Positions 14,820-24,600 of a stretch of DNA of 40,530 bases are shown here, piece by piece. Source of the DNA: Catajapyx aquilonaris. Taxonomy: Eukaryota. The stretch spans positions 1 through 40,530 of the forward strand of contig JYFJ02003525.1 of NCBI GenBank assembly GCA_000934665.2, written 5' to 3'. The notes beneath the pieces are model-generated. The model was given only the letters and a program-made list of their open reading frames with translations. It was not told the origin of the DNA and did not search any database. Each line of letters opens with the position of its first letter. Positions within the stretch are counted from its first letter, which is position 1. The translations under genes and the position numbers were made by a program.

Positions 14820-17018
14820 GCAGTTCTTGCTAACTCAACCATTGCTGAAGGCGACAAAGAATACATACTGGTGTCCTCGCTAGTGTCACGCCTTCTGGAG
14901 CAAGACCTCCCGAGATGTTCACTGTACCTGGACACCGACTCTGCAACACTCAGCCCAGAAGTGCAAGGGGTGTTCTATCTAATGAACAGACAATACCGGA
15001 GTGTCACCATTGGACGGATGCACCCTTCTTTTGCATTGTCTTTCGCTGATTATCCCGGTCTCTGGCGACAAGACCAGCTCCATTCCTTTCGTACTTTACC
15101 TCCCCAGCTACGTGGCGGTACCTGGCCCGGCGGGGAATGCGTCCTCAATATGATCCTGGTACACAATACAAGCACGTTCAATAACCTGGTGCTGCATGCC
15201 GCCACATCAGTCGCTTTTCGTAATATGGATGATCCGACCTACATCCATTTTCGGTCCAATAAGGTCAAACCCAAACTCCTGATGTCTGACCCTGCCAAAG
15301 GAATAGCCTTCAAGGTGATGTCGCAGTACTTACCAAACCTGAAGCAACTGCGGCTGCACAACGTGTGTTACTACTGCAATTCGGGGGAGGACATGCTGAA
15401 CCCTCCCATACTGTACCCGCGGCATACACTAGGACGCGAGTACATGTTTCCAACCCCGCCGCTCACATACAATGGGAAAAATCTGATTGTAGCTCATTTC
15501 GAAAACATAGACGTGGCAGGGGCTAGAGAACGGGCTAAAAATTCCTCCGCGGTATTGTCCTACGAAGAGATGCTTATGCTAGCATTGGAAAAGTTTTTGG
15601 ATGCTAAAATTCGAGTGGTTCTTCCTCAGCTGTCCATGGAGGAGGTTGAATCGAACGGGTCGTACACGGGGCTTACAGGAGCAGTATTGTACGGTAAAGC
15701 TGACTTTGCACTGGCTCAGGTGTATACCAGCGACACAATCAGGGTGAATGCCTTGCCCTGTCCATTACTTTACGTGTATTTGTCATTTGCTACCAGGCAA
15801 CCCAGGCCGGATATGAAGTGGTATATCATGTTCCAGCCTTACACCCTGGGAATGTGGATAGGCATTTTGGTGACCACCATTGTCTCTGCTTTAGTCAACA
15901 GTCTCATAGAGAGACACGAGATTGCTGAAGGAGACAATAGGCGCCTTGTGTCTTTGTATTGGAAGAATCTGGGACGAGTTGCTCGCGAGTTGCTAGGGCA
16001 GCCACTTGAGGAGTTTGGATACTCAGAAACCCGGACATTTTTTGCTTTCTTTTCGTTATTTGCGATTGTGATTGTGGGAGGGTATGAGGCCAAAATTGTA
16101 TCGTTGCTGACTTATCCGGAAAGGGAAATACTTCCGGAGAATGTGGAAGAACTTATAAACTCAAAAATGTCTATAGGAACCATTCTTTTTCTTAAGATAA
16201 TATTATCCAGTATGGTAGAAAAATCGGAGGAGTTGGCTCGTTATCGACCGTTTGTTAAAAATGCCGAGGTTTTACCCGATTTTTACAGCTGTTTTGCCAA
16301 ATCTATCAGCCACGACTTTGCCTGCTTTTCGATAGACTATTATTATAATAAAGAAAAGAGCAATTTCATAGACTCGAAAGGAAACATGGAGATATTGTGG
16401 GCTCTGGACAGAGCACTCAGTTTCTATACAGGACCAGCTTATGGTAATGATAACGTGGGATTTCAAAGGTCCAAGAAAATGCTTCGCCTGTTTTTTGAAA
16501 GCAACATTATTCCCAAGAGGCGAGAATTGTTGAGTTATGCCAACTTCTTGAGACGAACAAACGCCCTGCGAAAGCACCATGCAAATAAAAAGGAAAAGAT
16601 CGACGAAGTATTAACCTTTAAAAAACTCTCATTCATAATCTACTTGTGGATGATAGGACTTGGGCTTTCCCTCTCGGTTTTCTTCTTCGAGTTCTGCCCT
16701 GTAAAACCGGTACGAAGCAATTCAAGGCATGGCCAATCCGCAGTACCTCGCAGTGAATCGCAGCAGCAAAAGCTAGGCAATTCTGAAGGTGTCACAAACA
16801 AGACGACTTCGCAGGTCAGGAGCATCTTGTCGGATGCCGCGACCATACCAGGTACGGTCGAGGCGACATCGTTGCCAGTGCAACAGGTGGACAAAATACA
16901 TCGCCTTTTTGTTACTGATGCCGATGAGACCAACGCAGTTCTCTCAGAGGAAGACAAGAGAAAATGCGTCTCTTCACCTTGTATTCCGGCTCATACCCGG
17001 TACCCCTATTTGACTTAA
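14820..17018 (+). CDS. Divergent ionotropic receptor (IR, variant iGluR family), single long ORF of about 730 aa; true start uncertain (candidate ATG at 14782 is out of frame)
   Basis: S1-like GSYTGLTGAVLYGKADFAL; PRP..KWYIMFQPYTLGMWIGIL (M1); RTFFAFFSLFAIVIVGGYEAKIVSLLTYP (degenerate SYTANL helix); ENVEEL; LTFKKLSFIIYLWMIGLGLSLSVFFFE (last TM). Confidence 0.85.
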   Translation, partial: AVLANSTIAEGDKEYILVSSLVSRLLEQDLPRCSLYLDTDSATLSPEVQGVFYLMNRQYRSVTIGRMHPSFALSFADYPGLWRQDQLHSFRTLPPQLRGGTWPGGECVLNMILVHNTSTFNNLVLHAATSVAFRNMDDPTYIHFRSNKVKPKLLMSDPAKGIAFKVMSQYLPNLKQLRLHNVCYYCNSGEDMLNPPILYPRHTLGREYMFPTPPLTYNGKNLIVAHFENIDVAGARERAKNSSAVLSYEEMLMLALEKFLDAKIRVVLPQLSMEEVESNGSYTGLTGAVLYGKADFALAQVYTSDTIRVNALPCPLLYVYLSFATRQPRPDMKWYIMFQPYTLGMWIGILVTTIVSALVNSLIERHEIAEGDNRRLVSLYWKNLGRVARELLGQPLEEFGYSETRTFFAFFSLFAIVIVGGYEAKIVSLLTYPEREILPENVEELINSKMSIGTILFLKIILSSMVEKSEELARYRPFVKNAEVLPDFYSCFAKSISHDFACFSIDYYYNKEKSNFIDSKGNMEILWALDRALSFYTGPAYGNDNVGFQRSKKMLRLFFESNIIPKRRELLSYANFLRRTNALRKHHANKKEKIDEVLTFKKLSFIIYLWMIGLGLSLSVFFFEFCPVKPVRSNSRHGQSAVPRSESQQQKLGNSEGVTNKTTSQVRSILSDAATIPGTVEATSLPVQQVDKIHRLFVTDADETNAVLSEEDKRKCVSSPCIPAHTRYPYLT

Positions 17019-17183
17019 CTGCCAAACTACCGTCGGTGAATCCTTTTCCTAAGGCATCGTATGCGCAGTACGGTGATAGTGCATCAGGGATTTTATTTGG
17101 CAGTTTCTGTTGTTGTTGTTGTTGTTGTTTTCATTTTGGGGTTGATCCATTCATATTACGTATCTTGATCACATGCTGAGCTA

Positions 17184-17782
17184 ACAAGGGCGTGTAAGTG
17201 TTGTACAGTAAATGGAGTTTCCGAATGAAACTTGGCACAATAATATAGGCAGGTAAGTTACGTATTAAACAAAATGCAAACCGTTTTGGCGAATGCCTAC
17301 AAGGTCAAAAATTATGACCTCTCGAACTCACAAGGACACTTTCCAAGGTCTCACCAATTTTCTTGAAATTTGGTACATTGGTAGCCCACCCCAAGGCATG
17401 AAAAACGCACCTAAACACCTGCTCAAAATGACCCGGTTGGGGGGGGGGGGCGGGGGCAGAGGTCAACTCGTAAATGCGGAAAACTCACCGATTTTCTTGA
17501 GATTCGGTGCATTGGTAGCCCCCAAAAAGGGTCACCGGGTCATTTTGAGCAGGTCACTTTCGGTGCGTTTTTCATCCTTTGGAGTGGGCTACCAATGTAC
17601 GGAATTTCAAGAAAATCGGTGAGACCTTGGAAAGTGTCCCTTGTGAGTTCAAGAGGTCATAAATTTTGACCTTGTTGGCATTCGCCAAAACGGTTTGCAT
17701 TTTGTTTAATAACTCACCTGCCTATATTATTGTGTCCAGTTTCATTCAGAAACTCCATTTACGACACTTACACTTCCCTTGT
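17184..17782. mobile_element. Foldback-like non-autonomous element with about 250-bp TIRs
   Basis: acaagggcgtgtaagtgt...caaaatgacccggt (about 17184-17437) is the near reverse complement of accgggtcattttg...acacttacacttcccttgt (about 17535-17782). Confidence 0.85.
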
Positions 17783-19266
17783 AACTTTGTAAGTAACAAC
17801 TACTCGTACTCTCAGTTATAATTATGTCACTCTGAATGCCTCATTTTAATTTTAGTTTTCATACACTAGTACCTAAATTTGATATTAATTAATTAATTAT
17901 CCGATGTTAATCTCATGCAGTTAATTATTTCAAACTGTGATAGTTGTACACTACATAAAAAGCAAAATAAAGTTAGTCATTTATTCATAAATGTGTCTCC
18001 ATTACAGCAGCTACATCTGTATATACGTAGGTCCGTTCGTGATAACTTCCCTCCTTGTCGCAAGTGATAAGTCATGTAGAATGTTTCGATGACTGCGAGA
18101 GAAACCGAGCTTTGGGAATCCCCGAATTGCTAACCAAGCACAGTGTACTCTACCTGGTCCTCTTGGGTCCATCACCTGTCTCCGAGGCTGAAGAGATATT
18201 TTAAAATAATATTGTGCGCAGGTTGATGAGAAATCAAATAGAATGATTCATTACTTTTATTTATTGTGGAGTTGTGTCATTATCTTCTTGGTGAGTAAAA
18301 GATTGATCTCGATAGTTGCTATGTAAGGTGTACCGTAGCCTATATGAATGAGCCTGACGGGGTGATATGAGGGAATGTAAAGATAATGTGCTGTCTCTGG
18401 CGTTTTCAAAGATAATAATATAATATACAGCATATATTGATTATGTCTCGTGAGGGTCGGGAATTGAACCTTGTTTACGAGTTTACCGTCGCTCAATCAG
18501 CCAGGGTTTCATGGGCAGAATAGTTCGTATTCACAGCGTAACAAGAGTATAATATATTACCGGTAGCATGCTTACGTGGAATCGACAGCATTAGGTTACA
18601 GGGTCAGGATCTAAGTAAATCTTCATTCAGATCAGGCACTGCCTGGATCGTGTTATGGGTTGGGCAGTGGGCTTGAGAATGTCCACCGCCTTCTGCTTAC
18701 GACCTTGGCTGCTGACATATATTTTCATAGCCCTGACCTGGCCCTGACCTAATAACAATATGAGCGATTTTGTTTATGGAGAAAACGCGAAATGTTTTTA
18801 TTCCTCGTGTCTCATTAAAAGCAGACAGAAATAACCCCAGAGCTACACTCCTTCAAGTATATGTTGTAAGGTACAAAATGACACAAATATTAGTTATAAA
18901 ATGCACATTCGCAGTAATCAAATGCAAAAATGTTTTAAATACAGCAATTTAACTTCAATGTTCGGGACCTCCCACCATAATTCGTATTGATGAGTAGGCT
19001 ACAGCAATGACTCCATCAGCCCTTCCCACACTGGGCAAAGAGACAAATTCAAAATTTATTTGTGACGATGTTGACAAGAGAGTAACCTCCAGAATCATGC
19101 TTTGTGCATATATTTTATTTCCAGCTGAATATTTATTTATTTGTTGTTGTTTTTTCTAGTATGTTTGTGGGGGGACAATCTGTATACATTTGATCAACAA
19201 AAATAATACTGTAGTAAGAAAGTTGTTAATAATCATGATTGTAACCAACAAAAGCCAAGACTAGAA

Positions 19267-19270
<4 letters not shown>

Positions 19271-19298
<28 letters not shown>
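19271..19298. repeat. (AT)n microsatellite
   Basis: About 14 AT units. Confidence 0.9.
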
Positions 19299-19301
<3 letters not shown>

Positions 19302-19539
19302 AAATGAGCACTGGATATGAACTTAGTCCCTGCTATGTTGAGATGCCCTTTAACACCATTATTGATCCGTACTCCTCATCAACACCAGCCTAAATGAAAG
19401 CAATCCTCCCACTCATCACCCAGGCCATTTAATCACCTCTCCTTCCAGAAGATGAAGTCAAAAGGAGAGAAAAAAGGGAGGCTGTGCCACCATCCCACGT
19501 ACTATGGCGGGATTCCTCCCGGGACTTCAATTGAAATAC

Positions 19540-19785
19540 CTCCTGTTGCGCCCATAATATCTCCCAGATCGATAAAACCGGGACCCAGGACTAGGAATTT
19601 TGAGTGGTGGGTTAAAAGGAAGTCACGTGACAGCAGGGGCGTATCTGATGCTGCTGTCGGCGCAATGTTGGGAGGCGATCCTTCCGACACTTGGCGTCTG
19701 TATGAGCCGGACACTCGTTGACAATCTGACAACGGTCCAGTGATTTAATCAGAAGAACTTTCAAAAGGCCACTGGGGATTTTAAT
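19540..19785 (+). pseudogene. Decayed LTR-retrotransposon (Ty3/Gypsy-like) integrase trace
   Basis: One frame with internal stops reads YEPDTR*QSDNGPVI*SEELSKGHWGF, resembling the rve core P..IVSDNGPQF.S.EF..F...WGI; upstream PPVAPII resembles the PP.APL linker. Confidence 0.4.
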
Positions 19786-20419
19786 CTTTGGACCGGAGCT
19801 TTGAGGAAAGAATTCAAGAGGGTAAGTCGAGCACGATGTGTTTGCATGGCTGAAACTTACCTGCCATATGGTTCAGACTGGTTCATAGTTGACTGATTGC
19901 GAGGATATTGACGGGATATAGGGTGAGTTGGCGGGGTACGGGCTGGCAGACACTTGTTGCTGCTTCATTCATGATGTGTAGTGTTAGTCAGTTGAAAATA
20001 ATGTTGTTATGTACTCATGCACGTAATGCATCGTTTATCTTGAAAATTAGGAAAATGCTGCTGTTATTTTTTAGAAACTTTTATGGCGTGAGTAGATTCA
20101 CATGACTGTGACATTGCCAGTGTGTATGACTGTATTTATAGTACCTCCTGATACGACATTAAAAAGTTATTCCAAATGATGTAATTAATACGAGCAGTAC
20201 AAAGTGCGTGGAGCAGTACAAAGTTATTAGTTATCAATAACTTTTTAGAAGGTGAAGAGGCAGCAAATGTTTTACAAAATCACGAACCTTCCAATTAAAC
20301 GCAGCAGCATATTAATAATGTTATCAATTATTCTTCGGTGCACTGCTATACGGCTTGTTATTCAGAGCGGCTTCATTATTCGTCCTTTGAAGGCGGCTTG
20401 GTTGTGCGAAGGATTTTGC

Positions 20420-20680
20420 ATAATTGAAGGGGTCGGTGCAATACTGCCCTAACCCTCCCAAACCTGATTTTGAGAAAACTGCAGTTGAAAGTTTGAGAGG
20501 CCATATACATCCCATATACCATGTGACTTATTTCATTTGATTTCTCAGTGACCGATGGCAGAAACTGCACAATTTCAATGGATTTTATTAGATCCATGAG
20601 TGTAGTACATGGAAGTGTGCTTAACTCAATTTGTGTCATTTGGTGGGTTAGGGCGGTATTGCACCGACCCCTTCAATTAT
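20420..20680. mobile_element. MITE with about 35-bp TIRs
   Basis: ataattgaaggggtcggtgcaatactgccctaaccc / gggttagggcggtattgcaccgaccccttcaattat; possible AATT target-site duplication. Confidence 0.8.
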
Positions 20681-21623
20681 ATGTCATGAACACAACGCTC
20701 AGTCTCCAATAATGGAAGTATTATAGATTCCAGCATGACTTCGTATTTCGACGTCTAGGTATTGACTAGGAATTACTAAGCTGCATTTTATTACAGGAAC
20801 ATGCTTATTTTTGACACTGTTAATTATTGTGGACGTGTAATTATTGGGACGTGTTTTAAGAAACCGTATACTACCAATCGGACCTATACAGTAAATACCA
20901 CTCGGTATTATTTTTATATTTAATTTATTGACGATACCCGGTGAAAGGGCGGAACCCAATACTACTCGGTATTAAATATAGTATTACCGGTATACGTAGG
21001 CGGTTATTACTAGTGCAGAAGAATAGTTGCTCAATGGACAATGTCCATTCAGATATGCTTAAAAAAACAGCGGTATTCCCCAACACCTGAGCTTACACAA
21101 CTGCAAATAAAGCACAACTATGGTGCTAAAAAATTAAAAATCAGATGGTAAATACGATACGTCATAAAGTTTCCACTTGTAATCTGCCATTGGTCAAACT
21201 CAACGACCCTTTTATTGCCGCTTATCTTGATATGTCTAGCACAGTAGCCATATTTTTACACTTCTCCTTAAATGTCGTATCTTATCAATATGGTAGATAC
21301 CTCGCATTTTTTCCCCCAATGGTTGGCACCGACTTGCTCTATTGTTTTTACGCCAGTAGTGCACAACCGCTGCTTCAATTAGGGTGCAATGGAGCTTTCT
21401 ACTTCCGGATCATATAAGCGTAAGTTTTTGGGTGCAGTAGACCTGAATATGTGGGCCCATTGGTGTGTAGCTGTGTGTGTGTGTGTGTGTCGAACATATG
21501 GCAACACAGGGTTGTCCGGCACAAGCACACGGACTTCATTTGATAACGTGCTTTCTCTCAAGTGCCGAGTGCATTTCTTGAGAGACGGGTCTATAAATAT
21601 ATGCGCAGCGTAGAAGCTGAGCC

Positions 21624-24600
21624 ATGTCAGAGCAGGCGGATACACAACATTTGGGTAAGTTATCTTCACTATACGTGTCATTGGAAAATATATGAAAATG
21701 TGGATTAAGCATGCTCGGGCTACTGGGTAGGTTTGATTTGATAGCCGCAATTGAATAACCTGAAGTAGCCTTATCAGTAATGACCACGTGTAATCCATCA
21801 CCTGTTAATTGCGCAATTTTTCGATTTATGTGGCAGAAATATTTTAAATTCTGCGATCAGTATCAATATTAGCGTAAGTGTGGTTCGGTTTTATTGCCTC
21901 ATGGCACTACTGCAGTCAGTAATTACAATAAATAATATTAAAAGCAAGTGACTTCTGTACTAATATTATCTGATTAAATCAATAATAATAGTGCATCTGC
22001 ATTGGAGAGATGCTGAGCCAGGAGAGTGCTGACAGTGAGATAATTCCATGAAAGGCTCATAGAGGGAATTCGCCATTATTACGATCGGTATTGAACGTAA
22101 TATGGAAAACAACGTGGTACAATTTATTGGAAACTTGCCTTCAATAAGTGAACCCTTCTCCAAAAGTGCATTACACGTGGGTAATTCCCATATCTGTCGT
22201 CAATGATTTTTATTGAAGCAAAAAGCATCTGTTAAAGCATCTTTTTTCCCCAATGAAAGCAGAGCTGCGTGTAACTTTGAACCGTATCCGCGCAGTAGTG
22301 TACGGTAATGACGTAATTAGGAGAGAGGCACATCGAGTGAAACAGTTCCTCCCCGGCGAGTGGACGTGTGTCAACAACTGGACGCGATCATATCAAGGAT
22401 TTCTTTTTCAGTCAGCACAAATCCCACCCACGTCATTTGACGTGCACCGTCGATTTGTGGACTTGCAGTGGTGATTTTGTAGTCAATAGATCTAGATCAT
22501 GGCAGAGGTTGTTTTTTTGGCATTGTTTTTATGGAGAGGTTATTATGCTGTCCCAGTGCATTGTGATGATTTATTTATTGTGTTTTTTTCTTCAATATTT
22601 TAATTTGTGTTGACAGGGAGCAAGTCTTGATGTGTTGAGTGTGGCCACAGGTATTTTTATGGCCAGTTTTATCCAGCACTTATTGCATGGCCTTGGGGAA
22701 GCAGCGCATGATTTTTGTGTTATTAGCATATGTTTGCACAAATTATTATTGGTACCATTACATGTGTATTGTTCCACCCAGGAGTAGCTAAGGAAATCTT
22801 GCACTCCACACAGTCAGTATAGAGCAGCAGTTCTTAACCTGGAGTGCCCTAGGGGGTGCGAGCAAGGTGCACCTCTGGACTTGGTCTAACTATGAACTTA
22901 ATCACCCGTGGTGTTAGGGGGTGCGACAAGGACCAACTGACTTCAAAGGGGTGCGGAGGCATGAAAAGGTTAAGAACTGCTGGTGTAGAGCTCTTACAAA
23001 GGCAATAATTGCAAATTTAACATGCTTATCCTGGGTTGACAAAATTAGAGCACATTTTCAATTACGGAGAATAACTTGCAGAATGCATGTAAAAATTTAC
23101 CCCGGTAGTGATGTGCTTAGCATGTGGTGAGGGTCAGTCCCTTTATTATCTTAATTTCCTGCATGGCACCTCTGCCTGACCTTGAGTGCCTATAGTGTCA
23201 TTTTGACTGCTTTAGATGGGCGGTGCATTTCCTGTTTCCTGAGTATGTTGAGCATTTAATAAATTTGCTCACACGTGTATTGGAAAAAAATCTTGCGGAC
23301 ACTAATTTTCACTTGTTCTGGTGACTTTGCCTTCTGTTTTGGCAGTGAGTTACACATATATCTGGAAAGTTCATAATGGGCTTTTCAGCAGTAGCCTACA
23401 CATGATTCCACCCATCACTAGAATGTGAGGTCATGGGAATAAATGTAATTTTTTGGGATGCAATGTGAGCAAACTTATGAAACACAGTATTACACATAGC
23501 ACATGGTTGATTGTGGTTATGTCCAGGTTCCACAGATTAACTTTTAAAAGCAATATTTGAGCGAAAATAGAACCTGTACCATTGACTCGTAGTGTGGGAA
23601 AGTATTTAATATTGTTCCCTATTCACATTGGCCAATGAAACTTTTATTTCTTCTTGGTTGATATTATTAAAATTACGGGTTTTGAGAGAGTTCAACATGG
23701 TAAAGGACTGGTCTCTTGCGCATTGGGACTGTGTCCTCTTTAACGGAAGAGCCTAGGTTCTAATATCATAATATTGTTTCTTTAGTGTGACAAGACACAC
23801 TATAAAAGGAATAATTTCTTATGAAGTTGCGTTATGTTTGATGCTTTGCATTTTCATACAAAAATGTTGCAATAACACATTCGTGCTTGATGCTTTTTCA
23901 CTTGAAAAGATAATTTACGATTTTGCAAATGTTTTGTGCTAACGCATTCTGTTTGTTTAAAGGAGCTGAAGGGGGTGACACCCCTAGCCAGGCTGAAACT
24001 CCGGCATCTGAGAGCAAACCATCACAGCCTGCTGCAGGCTCACAACAACAACCCCCACCAAACATGGACGGAGAGGAGAGTGCGGATCTGCGTGGCTTCA
24101 CTCTGGCCTTTGGCTTGGCAGAGTTGGTTGGGGCACTGGCTGTCATCCTCATGGCTGTCTGGATGGGCCACTTCCAGGGAGGATTTGCATGGCAGTCAGA
24201 CCCTGCGAAGGAATTCAACTGGCATCCGGTCCTCATGTCCTTCTCATTGATTTTCCTCTATGGAAATGGTAACTAGAAGTAGTTTACTTTGATGAGACAT
24301 CTTAAATTGACAGAAGTTGGGAATTTAGAAAGTCCTAATTTGATTGCATTAAATTACCTACCCACACAAATCTGTTACTGAGGGCACCCAACTGAGCTGC
24401 CTCAGCATATGCTAAAACTGCACTTTATTTACTATCAAACATGATGAGAGCAAAATTTAGATAAGGGTAAAGGGTTCAATGAGTAACCCATTGCTCCATG
24501 GGCATCGGATCATTGATCTTTGTGGAAGATCGCTGTTATAGTTTTCATTACCAACATTTATTTGTCATTTTTTGCTTGTTGTACAGTACTCTACTTTGGG

